IMG/VR virus record: IMGVR_UViG_3300032322_001107
Span: 1-64,000 of that record
Source of the DNA: a virus
Strand: one strand, 5' to 3'
DNA: 64,000 bases
The position numbers and the translations under genes were made by a program. The notes beneath the pieces were generated by a model. The model was not told where the DNA came from. It did not search any database and saw nothing but the letters and a program-made list of their open reading frames with translations. The first letter of the stretch is position 1; every line of letters begins with the position of its first letter. Below, in pieces: positions 46,706 to 56,267 of this stretch.

Positions 46706-47712
46706 ATATTGCTTTTGCTTATCACAACGGGGACGCCGAATTAGCCATGGAGTCGGCCAAGGCGATTACGGCTTTTGGCATCAACATGCGACATAAGGCG
46801 ACTTTGTGCTGTACGAAAGATACATTTGGAGCTTCTGATATCATCCATGAACTAAAGAAAAGCTTTCCCGAAGTAGACCAGCTGTTTGTTCAAGACGGAT
46901 TTGACGGCTGGCCTCTTGGCCCAAACCAGATGTTTGCCGATGTGGCTGCTGCCATGTACTCAACCAATACCCCATTCTACTTCTGGGAGCCAGATTGTGT
47001 TCCCATGAAAGAAGGATGGGCTGACGATCTCGACGCCGAATATCACAAACAGGTTGGTATCCTTGGTCATCTCTACGAAGGCGGAATGGCTTCCAATGGA
47101 AAAAACATCTACAAAATGATTGTGGGCAGTGCGGTCTACCCTCCTAATTTCTTAGACTTTTGTCCTTCAGCCCAATCTTTATCAACTTACAATTTGGCAT
47201 ATAGGGAATCGGGAAACGTTCCAGAGCCTTGGGATGTTCGTTGCCGATGGAACTTTATGGAGATTGGCCGCGACACGCCGCTCATCCGAACCTACTGGAA
47301 AAGCGTTAACTACCAATGGAAGGATGGAAAGATCGTTTTTTACGCCGAAGATCCCGAAGCCCAAGCAGTTCAAGGGGTTACTTGCCCAGATAGAATCATC
47401 TCTAGCCAAGCTGTAGTCATCCACGGATGTAAAGACGGGTCTCTCCACAAAATGGCACAAGAGGGGTTTCCAATGCCGTCAGATTCCATGGGATTAAATA
47501 CCCCATCGAATTCGATGGGATTAGAGCAAAGCGTCAAAAATGATACACAAGTGGGGACATTTTGCGATAAAGCCACAGAAGTGGTGCGAAAACCGCCCAA
47601 AAAAGCCAAGAAAAAGCGGGTAATCTCGGAAGTAGAGCGCGAACGCCGTAGGCAGTCCATGATGGAAATTTTGCAAAGAAAGCGTGAACGAAAGGCCCAA
47701 GGGGTTGTCTAA
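46702..47712 (+). CDS. Glycosyltransferase-like protein with basic tail
   Basis: GWPLGPN, FWEPDCVP (DxD-like), GSAVYP, PWD and VIHGCKD motifs. Confidence 0.55.
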   Translation: MNIAFAYHNGDAELAMESAKAITAFGINMRHKATLCCTKDTFGASDIIHELKKSFPEVDQLFVQDGFDGWPLGPNQMFADVAAAMYSTNTPFYFWEPDCVPMKEGWADDLDAEYHKQVGILGHLYEGGMASNGKNIYKMIVGSAVYPPNFLDFCPSAQSLSTYNLAYRESGNVPEPWDVRCRWNFMEIGRDTPLIRTYWKSVNYQWKDGKIVFYAEDPEAQAVQGVTCPDRIISSQAVVIHGCKDGSLHKMAQEGFPMPSDSMGLNTPSNSMGLEQSVKNDTQVGTFCDKATEVVRKPPKKAKKKRVISEVERERRRQSMMEILQRKRERKAQGVV

Positions 47713-47720
47713 CGCTTCCT

Positions 47721-49025
47721 ATGCAAGAAGTCATCTTTGAACCATCCGCCGAAACCGCCATCCTTTCCTGCCTCTGTCATGCCCCGTCAGAGGATCAGCG
47801 CGAGATCCTTTTATCTATAAAGGAAGATCATTTCTACCTTCAGGAGAACAAGATCATCTTTCGGGCGGTCATGCGCTGTATCGCCAAGGGGATGCAGGCT
47901 GACATCATCAATGTTAAAGGAGAGATCGAAGCTGCCAACGAATACGATATCGTTGGGGGTGAACAAAAGATTACAGAAGTTGCAACTTCATGTGTAGCCC
48001 ATAACAACTGGAAGCGTTACTATCCCAAGCTGGAGGAAGCCCGCTACAGAAGGTCTCTGGAATACTTAGCCAATGACATGGTTCACAAAGCCAGAGATCG
48101 CGAGCTAAAGATTGAAGAACTCAAGAACTGGTCAGAGACCACCGTCATGCGGGCTGACTACGAGATGGATGATGGTAGTAAGCTTTCCATCAACAACGCC
48201 TTGGATCGCGCTGCCCAGAACATCGAATCCACGATTGCTGGAAAACCCTGTATCGGCATTCGCACTGGCATCACTCCATTGGATGACCTTCTCATGTTTG
48301 GCTTGCGCGGCGGGGACATGGTTGTATTGGCCGCAAGACCAGCGGTTGGTAAGACGGCAAGCGCCCTTCAGATTGCAGAAAACGTGGCACTTAACCAAAA
48401 GAAGCGGGTCTTGATCTTCTCTTTGGAGATGACCAGCGTTGCCCTCATGGAGCGCATGATCCGCTCGCGGGCGAGGGTGGGTGCTGCTGATATCCTTTCT
48501 GGTCGGGTGACTCCGCATCAGAAACAGTCTCTCGGACGGGCCGTGCAGGAAATCCAAGCATCCGAAATCATCTGCGATGACAGTTCGGCCAAATCCATTG
48601 GCTATCTCAAGGCGGTAGCTCGCCGCGCCCACCAGCGCACTCCGCTAGACCTCATCATCATTGACTACCTCCAGTTGGTTAAGGGCGATAGTAAGCGCGG
48701 AAAAGACAATCGCGTGTGCGAGGTGGAAGAGATTAGCGGTGGCATCAAGGATCTAGCCAAGACCCTTAAGGTTCCAGTTTTAGTGCTGGCCCAACTCAAC
48801 CGCGACCCAGACAAGCGCGGAGGACGCCCAAGCCTTTCAGACCTTAAAGGATCTGGAGCCATCGAACAGGACTCAGATATCGTCATTTTAATTCACAACG
48901 AAGAGGCGCAGGATCATACACAGATGCCGAATATAGAATTTATTGTAGCGAAACATCGTGACGGTGGAACAGGAGTTGCTAATATGGCATTTAACAAAGC
49001 AATAACTAGATTTGAATTGCCGTGA
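47721..49025 (+). CDS. dnaB: Replicative DNA helicase
   Basis: AARPAVGKT (Walker A), FSLEM, IIDYLQL, LAQLNR and GAIEQDSD. Confidence 0.97.
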   Translation: MQEVIFEPSAETAILSCLCHAPSEDQREILLSIKEDHFYLQENKIIFRAVMRCIAKGMQADIINVKGEIEAANEYDIVGGEQKITEVATSCVAHNNWKRYYPKLEEARYRRSLEYLANDMVHKARDRELKIEELKNWSETTVMRADYEMDDGSKLSINNALDRAAQNIESTIAGKPCIGIRTGITPLDDLLMFGLRGGDMVVLAARPAVGKTASALQIAENVALNQKKRVLIFSLEMTSVALMERMIRSRARVGAADILSGRVTPHQKQSLGRAVQEIQASEIICDDSSAKSIGYLKAVARRAHQRTPLDLIIIDYLQLVKGDSKRGKDNRVCEVEEISGGIKDLAKTLKVPVLVLAQLNRDPDKRGGRPSLSDLKGSGAIEQDSDIVILIHNEEAQDHTQMPNIEFIVAKHRDGGTGVANMAFNKAITRFELP

Positions 49026-49519
49026 TAAAAAAGCATACATATCAAGAAGTTTCAAAAATATTAGATTACAACCCAAGCACTGGTCGATTTTATAGAAAAA
49101 TTAATACATCGGCCAATGGAAGAACTGGACTTGTAAAAGGATATATCAATAACGCTGGATACAGAAAAACCAGCGTTTTGGATTATCAATATTACGATCA
49201 TCATTTGGCTTGGTTGCTACATTATGGCGAATGGCCGCAAAAACAAATTGACCACATCAACAATAAAAAGTCGGATAACAGAATAAAAAATCTTCGACTT
49301 GCTACCGTTAGCCAAAACGGAATGAATCGGTCTTTTCAAAAAAATAGCATATCAAAAGAAAAGTGTATTCATTGGAAAAAAGAAAAGAAAAGGTATTTGG
49401 TCAGAATTGGCGTTAATAGAAAATATCGACATTTTGGATATTTTAAAACAGTTGAAGAAGCAATTGTGGCTAGAGACAAAGCCATCAAAAAACTTCATGG
49501 CGAATTCGCCAAAGTTTAA
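49022..49519 (+). mobile_element. Free-standing HNH homing endonuclease with AP2-like C-terminus
   Basis: IDHINNKKSDNRIKNLR and FGYFKTVEEAIVAR...HGEFA. AT-rich. Confidence 0.85.
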
Positions 49520-50122
49520 TTACTCGCTTTGAGCCTGCGTAGCCTTCCAGCAAAAGGCGGGGAAGCTCAAGCCTTCTCCACCCTGTGTGTCAACTGGAAG
49601 ATGGACTGAGACCGCATTGTAGCATCCACAAATTCCACAGGCTTTAAGCTGCTGGTCATAAGATGTTGTTTTTGCTCCCGCAATATGGGGTAGCATTCCA
49701 GCAATTCCCTTGCATCCCCAACAGCCAGAAGTGGCAATTTGATTTGGACAGGCCGCGCAAATCTTGGCCCTGCGCTCCGCCTCCTCTTGATCGACTAGCT
49801 GGAACTTGTTGTCTTTGGCAAAGTGATACATTGCCTTGACCCAACGGACAATTTGAGAAAATCCCAAAGTTTGTTTTTCTTGGGTGCATGGCACACAGTT
49901 TTCATTGCCAGCCATTCTGTCACAAAGATTGTGTTCTATTTGTGATACAAGATCCACGGGCGGGGTAATGTTTTTGGAGATCAAAAGCTTCTCGCAATTC
50001 GCAACCATATCATGCCAATCGCCTCCGCGAACGGGATCGCCAACAATCGGACAATTCACCCACCATCCTTGTGGTGGAACATTCGATTTTCTCTCGTAGC
50101 AAAATTTCGGAGCCTCACTCAT
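49520..50122 (-). CDS. Cys-rich putative zinc-binding protein
   Basis: RAKICAACP, CWGC, CGICGC and C-terminal FCW. Confidence 0.6.
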   Translation of the reverse strand: MSEAPKFCYERKSNVPPQGWWVNCPIVGDPVRGGDWHDMVANCEKLLISKNITPPVDLVSQIEHNLCDRMAGNENCVPCTQEKQTLGFSQIVRWVKAMYHFAKDNKFQLVDQEEAERRAKICAACPNQIATSGCWGCKGIAGMLPHIAGAKTTSYDQQLKACGICGCYNAVSVHLPVDTQGGEGLSFPAFCWKATQAQSE

Positions 50123-50885
50123 TGACAACTAACTCCGCTTCATAAGTGTTGTTTTCGGGAATTTTCATGGATTCCAGCTTGGTGGCAATGTTAATCTGAA
50201 TTGCATTCTGCTGATTATTGCCCTCAGAAAAGTTGATGGCAGCAGCTTCTGCCAACTGCTTGATGTTCCGCATCATGCCAAGAGCTTCCATGCCATCTAG
50301 GTCTTGCGCGGCATCCGCAGCCTTCACCAGAACCTTTCCAGTCAAAAATTTAATCGATTTCTTCATGGTTTCCAGCGATGCCGTGATTTCCGACATAACA
50401 GAAGGAACTCCGTCATCTTCCCAAGGGGCGGGAGATTGCTCGTTGACCAGACGTTCGCGGCATTGAATCCAGCGTTGGGTGTCCCGCCACAAACAAACAG
50501 TAGATTCGCTTACCTTCAGTTCCTCGGCAATATCCCGCAGGGTGCGTCCCGAACAATACATGGAGAATCCCTTAATACACTCAAGCCTACGTTTTTTATC
50601 CATCTCCTCCATTCTGGCGGGAGGAGCAACTAGAGCCACGGGACGCTCTTTATCCCAAGGGTAGAGGTTTTCTGCTTCGGGATTTTCCTGCCAGATCTTG
50701 GCATAGTCATCCCATTTCTCGCTATAGATCATCTTTTCAAGAGTGGGTTTGTGCTTAGTGTCCAAAGCCTTCATCACCTCTGGCAAATCCCTACCAGCAG
50801 CATAGAGCCGAAATGCATTCTGTTTTTTAATACGGTTTTCGGGCGCGTCCCAATCCCGCTCTCCGCTCTTGCGCTTTTTCTCCAT
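50115..50885 (-). CDS. Putative terminase small subunit (duplicated HTH)
   Basis: Two AF.LY..G..L.EIA..L-type HTH units and a C-terminal QINI. Adjacent to TerL but divergently oriented. Confidence 0.5.
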   Translation of the reverse strand: MEKKRKSGERDWDAPENRIKKQNAFRLYAAGRDLPEVMKALDTKHKPTLEKMIYSEKWDDYAKIWQENPEAENLYPWDKERPVALVAPPARMEEMDKKRRLECIKGFSMYCSGRTLRDIAEELKVSESTVCLWRDTQRWIQCRERLVNEQSPAPWEDDGVPSVMSEITASLETMKKSIKFLTGKVLVKAADAAQDLDGMEALGMMRNIKQLAEAAAINFSEGNNQQNAIQINIATKLESMKIPENNTYEAELVVNE

Positions 50886-50913
50886 CCAGATTAGTTTAGT
50901 ATAAATTTCATAA

Positions 50914-52755
50914 ATGGCAACAGTTGATCAAGGAATAGAGAAATACGGGAGGTTGTGGTTACCCAAAGACGGACAGGCGATTACGCCAATCCGCATCGAG
51001 ATGGATGCCTTCTTGCAGGGACTTACTCCCGAAGAGGGAGGACTCGGAAAGGCTCGCCATTATCGTAATATTGTCTCTGCTATATGGCCCACATTCCAGT
51101 GGCACAGGTGGGCAGAACTCAGCGCACAAGCATTCTGCAACCAAATTTACGAGGTAGATGAGGCTACGGGCAATCGATTCGTCCGAAGCGTGACAGGTCT
51201 CGCTGGCGGAACAGACTCTGGCAAATCCTACGGGATGGCGGCGTTTGCGCTGGTCAATTGGTTCTGCGACCCCATCAATACGATGACAATTGTTGTCTCT
51301 ACGTCCAAGATTGACGCCAAACAGCGTATCTGGGCGGCACTGGTCAAGATGTATCGTGAAGCCCGAAACATGGGGTTGGCATCTGGCAGGCTCATTGAGT
51401 CCATGGATATCATCAAGCTCTCAGACGAAGAGGGGGCCGTGATCGATCCCGAAACAGGAGTTAGTGATGCCTCATCTATTATGCTTTTGGCGGCGGGTGA
51501 TGAATATAAAGATGACGCCCAGAAACGACTTCAGGGTAAGAAGAATCGTCGCATCGTGTTAATCGTGGATGAGCTTCAGGATTGCGCGAATTCTGTAATT
51601 ACCCAAGCTATTTGGGGATTTAAGGGCGCACAGGAGCTTTACATTGTAGGCGCGGGAAACCCTGCCTCCATCTTCGATCCCCACGGGAAGTTTTGCGAAC
51701 CCATCAAGGGATGGATGAGCGTGGATGAGGAAACTCCGAACTGGAAGATACGGGTAGCGGGAATTGAAGGTGTTTGTATTCGATTTGACTCTGAAAAAGA
51801 CAACCCAAACCAGCAGTCCTTCGATGCTGGTAAGGGACTGCGCTATCCGTTTCTTCCAAAACCCAATGATGTGGCGTTGGCCCGAAAAGAACTCGGAGAA
51901 CTTAATCCCCAGTATTGGAGAAAGTTTCGGGGCTTCTGGCCTCCTGCTGATGCTGATGACTCCACGATTGTCTCTGATATCCTATTGGCTCGCCATGGTG
52001 CGCTAGACAAACCGATCTGGGATGGAACCCCGAAAGATATTGCTGGCATTGACCCAAGCTATACTGAGGGCGGTGATAGATTTGTGTTTACCCACCTTAA
52101 GTATGGAAAATTAATCAGTGGAAAATGGGCGATAGCTGTTGAGAAACAGTATGTCCTCAACCGAAGGGCGGGGTCTCAAGAAGACTTCCAATACGAAATG
52201 ATCCAACAAATCCACGATCTCTCTCTTAAGTTGGGAATTCCAAATCAATGGATGGGCGTAGACGCCTCGGCTGGTGGTATCTTTTGGTCGATTGGAGAAA
52301 GGGAACTGCTAAAGGGTTGGCACGCAGTAAGTTTTGCAGGAGCGGCTTCAGATCTTCCAGTAAGCGCCCAATACGCCATGAGGAACGAAGCCACGGGAAA
52401 ACCCCAAGTAGGCAAGGAATTGTTCCACAACATGGCGTCAGAACTTTGTTTCGCCGCCCGATACTTCTTGGAGTGTGAACAACTCAAGGGAATCACCCCA
52501 GATCTGGCATGGGAGATGACCCAGAGAAAGTATGTGCGCCGAACCCGCAAGATTATCATTGAATCCAAGACCGACATGAAAAAACGGATTGGAAAGTCTC
52601 CCGACTTATTTGACTCATTTGCAGTCGGATTGTTTGTCGCCCGCAAGGTATTTGGAGCCATGGCTGGTAGTGAGGCGATTGAGGAAAAGAAACGGCTCAA
52701 TAAAGAAACGTTCAAGAAGCTTAAACAAGCCTTGACTATAAGGAAGAATTGGTAG
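50914..52755 (+). CDS. terL: Terminase large subunit
   Basis: GGTDSGKS (Walker A), LIVDE (Walker B), GAGNP, nuclease GIDPS and SPDLFDS. Confidence 0.92.
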   Translation: MATVDQGIEKYGRLWLPKDGQAITPIRIEMDAFLQGLTPEEGGLGKARHYRNIVSAIWPTFQWHRWAELSAQAFCNQIYEVDEATGNRFVRSVTGLAGGTDSGKSYGMAAFALVNWFCDPINTMTIVVSTSKIDAKQRIWAALVKMYREARNMGLASGRLIESMDIIKLSDEEGAVIDPETGVSDASSIMLLAAGDEYKDDAQKRLQGKKNRRIVLIVDELQDCANSVITQAIWGFKGAQELYIVGAGNPASIFDPHGKFCEPIKGWMSVDEETPNWKIRVAGIEGVCIRFDSEKDNPNQQSFDAGKGLRYPFLPKPNDVALARKELGELNPQYWRKFRGFWPPADADDSTIVSDILLARHGALDKPIWDGTPKDIAGIDPSYTEGGDRFVFTHLKYGKLISGKWAIAVEKQYVLNRRAGSQEDFQYEMIQQIHDLSLKLGIPNQWMGVDASAGGIFWSIGERELLKGWHAVSFAGAASDLPVSAQYAMRNEATGKPQVGKELFHNMASELCFAARYFLECEQLKGITPDLAWEMTQRKYVRRTRKIIIESKTDMKKRIGKSPDLFDSFAVGLFVARKVFGAMAGSEAIEEKKRLNKETFKKLKQALTIRKNW

Positions 52756-52771
52756 ATTCTATTTGCCATTT

Positions 52772-53134
52772 ATGGCTCAACTACCGATTGCCGAAGCTGA
52801 TATCTGCATATTTCAGGGGGCAACTTTCAATCAAACATTGTTTTATGAGACGGGCGAACCCTCGGCTCCAGTTAATCTTGCGGGGTTTACGGCTAAGATG
52901 CACATTCGGTCAAAGCCCGAATCCAAAGCACTAATTCTTGAATTGTCCACAAGTAATGGTAGAATCGTATTGAATGAAGCTACGGGATCTATTAGACTGT
53001 TTATTTCGGCATCTGACACGGCATCGCTCTCGGTCTGTGATAAAGCCGTATATGACCTTGAGCTATACAACGGGGCCGTCACAACCCGAATCCTGCAAGG
53101 CAATGTTATCATTTCACCAGAGGTTACACGATAA
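52772..53134 (+). CDS. Small beta-sandwich virion adaptor protein (paralogue of 55898)
   Basis: IFQGATF...PVNLAGFTAKMHIR...YDLEL...ILQG...EVTR. Confidence 0.65.
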   Translation: MAQLPIAEADICIFQGATFNQTLFYETGEPSAPVNLAGFTAKMHIRSKPESKALILELSTSNGRIVLNEATGSIRLFISASDTASLSVCDKAVYDLELYNGAVTTRILQGNVIISPEVTR

Positions 53135-53458
53135 ATGAGCAAGATTTGTATCCCCATTCCTTCTTCAAGTGTTATAGGTGTATCCTCAACCCCGATTTCC
53201 ACACCAAGTGTTAATATCCTTCGTGTCGAACCATCAATTACAGGACTTGATGGCGGAGGAACAACCAATCTAGACAGCCTTAATACAGTCAGTGGAACCT
53301 ATGCGGTTGGTATTGTTATTTTTCTTATTCTCGATGGGCTTCCTGCCATCTATCAACTGACCAATGGCACCGATGCCCAAAATCTTCCTTTTGTAGTCCG
53401 ACCCAACGACTATGATAGCCAAACAGGAACCAAGCGGGTTTGGAAGCGACTAATGTAA
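53135..53458 (+). CDS. Small virion-associated protein
   Basis: ITGLDGGGTTNLD...VRPNDY...W; located in the fibre cluster. Confidence 0.55.
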   Translation: MSKICIPIPSSSVIGVSSTPISTPSVNILRVEPSITGLDGGGTTNLDSLNTVSGTYAVGIVIFLILDGLPAIYQLTNGTDAQNLPFVVRPNDYDSQTGTKRVWKRLM

Positions 53459-53460
53459 CA

Positions 53461-55884
53461 ATGAAATATATTCTCTCACTTATTATCAGTGGAGCCTTGG
53501 TTGTTTCGGGCTTCGGGCAAACTCGGAACGTTCTTGTCGGCACCAATAATGCCGTAGTCCAACCGACTAATTTTTGGAGCGCGGACGCTTCCAACGCTCG
53601 CACGGGACTAGGATTGGGAACCTCCGCTACCAATCCCGCATCCGCATTTCAACCTTCTTCTGCCACGCTTTCCAACTTGGCTGCGAGTAATGGCGGAAAC
53701 TTAACAAATCTTCAGTCCGCAAATTTAGTTGGCATTATTCCAGCGTCCAACATTCCGTCAACCACGTTAACCAATATTTCTGGAACTCTTTCGATTGCTT
53801 CTGGCGGAACGGGAGCCACCAACGCGGGTGGGGCAAGGACGAATTTGGGGTTGGGGTGGACGGCTCTTGCCAATACCAATAGTGCAACATCGCTTATGGG
53901 GCTTGTTGTTGATACTGGAGCAACAAACATTTTTTATGTAACTGGGGCTGGGAGTCCATCAAATTCTATTATTTTTACCAATCCCGTTGAATTGTCTGGA
54001 GGGGCACATGGATTGAGAATTGCTGATGGAACAAATGAAGCTTGGGATTTTCCAAATGACGCAGCGGCTGAGTTTTATTATTCGTTTGGGTTTTATGGGG
54101 CCAATGCTTCAAATAACGCAGCAACAGCAAGAACAAACCTTGGATTGGGAGCCACATGGCTCACAAACACTAATGCTCCAGTATTTGTGAATACCAATGG
54201 AGAAGTGGTGAGTCCGACCAACTTTTGGCAGGTAGCCCCGATATCCACAACTGTCCAATACCAAACAAATGTTACTGGAACATCAACAAATGCTGCAACA
54301 AACAGTCGCAATCTATTTCTGTTCAGTCTTTCTCCTTCGGTGTCGGGAATTACCAATACGGTGACATTGCCCACAAATCCCGCAACCACATTTGAAGGAG
54401 ATAGAGCTACTGTTACCCATCTTGCCCAGACAACCAACGCAGTGACGGCTATCAGGCAATTGGGCGCAGCAACCAATATTATTACGCTCAACCAGCTTGA
54501 TGAAACGGTTCTATTGATGTATCGCAGCGGAGCATGGATATTGGCCGACAACATTTCCTACATTGAGCCTATCTATTTTTCTGGCACTAACGCAGCAGCC
54601 AATGCGGCGGCAAGCAGAACCAATTTGGGGCTAGGAGCGACTTGGCTCACGAACACCAACGTCACAAATTTCCGCACGGCGATTGGGTTGGGGGAAGAGG
54701 ACTCTCCGCAATTTGATGATATAAGCTCATCTTCGGCAAATATTTCGCAAATTTCTGCCAATGCTATAGGCATGAATGGTGCAATTTCTTGGACTGGAAC
54801 AAACGCAACAGCAAACGCCGCCACAACCCGCACCAATTTGGGATTGGGATCAACAAATAATGTTATTTTTTTATCTTTGATAACGGCAAATACCAATGGA
54901 TCACTCATTAATTTGGATCCATCTGAAACGCTTGGGCAGTCCTTGACTGGTATTGGAAGGACTTCAAATTCAATTTATTTTACTTATGCAGCATTTACAT
55001 ATCTAGAAGCCAACACCAATGGGTGGACAGTTCATAGGCCGTTTTCATTTTCGTCAGACGGGATAAGGCTTGGAACATTAACAAACTTGCAACTTGCTTC
55101 TACTAATATTGTTACATTCGCTGGCATCACCAACAACGGCGACATCACAATCAACAGCACCACGGCCAGCAACGGCCTGCTTTACATCCGCCGCACCAAC
55201 AACGAACCCTTCCTCGGCCTTGCCAACCTCATCGCGTCGAACAATACGACGATCAGCAACGAAACTTTATTTCGCGTAGGCGTTTCAGAGGCGACCAACA
55301 AAGCCGCGCAATTCGGCTTCCGTAGCACCAACACCAACGGCAACGGCGTGGCGGTGTTCAGCGTGTTTGGTTACAACGCGCTGATGATGATCGGCCCCTC
55401 CGATCCCGAAGCAGGAACTAACCCCATCGAAGCAACGGTGTATTCCGTTAATCCAACAAACAAGGTGATGACTCTTATTAGAACCAACACTGGAGCTACG
55501 ATGTTCCATCGTCCTATTGAGTTTGAAAATACCACCAACCAAGCTGTGACTCGCACCAACCTTGGCCTTGGCCAAACCAATAGCGTCACATTTTCTTCGC
55601 TAACTCTTTCAAGTGATCTAACTTTTGGCAGTGGAGATAACATTGTTCTGTCCACAACAAATGGGACGAAGATTGGAACAGCAACAAACCAGCTTCTTGG
55701 CTTTTATAATCAAACTCCTATTGTGCAACCATCCACAACAGGAGTTACCACCAACGGATTTACTCAGGGAAGCGGAAACAATGTCCACCCAAATAGCACA
55801 TTTACTGGTGGCATAGGAACAAATGCATACACAATTTCGGATATTGTAGCGCATTTGAAATCGCTTGGGCTGATCGCTCCTTAA
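53461..55884 (+). CDS. Fibre-like protein with N-terminal signal peptide, Thr-Asn rich
   Basis: Begins MKYILSLIISGALVVSGFG-Q. Has repeated RTNLGLG units, IASGGTGATNAGGAR, and C-terminal IVAHLKSLGLI. Confidence 0.7.
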   Translation: MKYILSLIISGALVVSGFGQTRNVLVGTNNAVVQPTNFWSADASNARTGLGLGTSATNPASAFQPSSATLSNLAASNGGNLTNLQSANLVGIIPASNIPSTTLTNISGTLSIASGGTGATNAGGARTNLGLGWTALANTNSATSLMGLVVDTGATNIFYVTGAGSPSNSIIFTNPVELSGGAHGLRIADGTNEAWDFPNDAAAEFYYSFGFYGANASNNAATARTNLGLGATWLTNTNAPVFVNTNGEVVSPTNFWQVAPISTTVQYQTNVTGTSTNAATNSRNLFLFSLSPSVSGITNTVTLPTNPATTFEGDRATVTHLAQTTNAVTAIRQLGAATNIITLNQLDETVLLMYRSGAWILADNISYIEPIYFSGTNAAANAAASRTNLGLGATWLTNTNVTNFRTAIGLGEEDSPQFDDISSSSANISQISANAIGMNGAISWTGTNATANAATTRTNLGLGSTNNVIFLSLITANTNGSLINLDPSETLGQSLTGIGRTSNSIYFTYAAFTYLEANTNGWTVHRPFSFSSDGIRLGTLTNLQLASTNIVTFAGITNNGDITINSTTASNGLLYIRRTNNEPFLGLANLIASNNTTISNETLFRVGVSEATNKAAQFGFRSTNTNGNGVAVFSVFGYNALMMIGPSDPEAGTNPIEATVYSVNPTNKVMTLIRTNTGATMFHRPIEFENTTNQAVTRTNLGLGQTNSVTFSSLTLSSDLTFGSGDNIVLSTTNGTKIGTATNQLLGFYNQTPIVQPSTTGVTTNGFTQGSGNNVHPNSTFTGGIGTNAYTISDIVAHLKSLGLIAP

Positions 55885-55897
55885 ACACATTTTATAA

Positions 55898-56266
55898 ATG
55901 ACCAACTACTGGAGACTTGAGAGGGATATTGATATCGTCCAAGGAAAAACTTGGACGGCGAAGTTTCGTTATCTGACAAAATCCTGCAAGGGCAAGTCAA
56001 ATGTCCCAGTCAATCTTTCGGGCTACGGGGCGAACATGGTCATTCGGGAGTGCGCCAAGGATAGTGCTACTTTGCTCACATTGACCGCAGGAAGCGGGAT
56101 TACGCTAGGATCTGATGGGACTATCGAAATAGTAATGACGGCCACGCAGGCGTCAAATCTGACGGCGGGAGACAATGTCTACGAAATCGAACTAAGCCAA
56201 GGCTACACCTATATCGCATTTGCCACAGGTAAAGCCAAAGTCTACGAGGAGATTGCCCGAAGCTAA
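55898..56266 (+). CDS. Small beta-sandwich virion adaptor protein (paralogue of 52772)
   Basis: IVQGKTW...[14 protein letters not shown]...YEIEL...EIAR. Confidence 0.65.
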   Translation: MTNYWRLERDIDIVQGKTWTAKFRYLTKSCKGKSNVPVNLSGYGANMVIRECAKDSATLLTLTAGSGITLGSDGTIEIVMTATQASNLTAGDNVYEIELSQGYTYIAFATGKAKVYEEIARS

Positions 56267-56267
56267 A

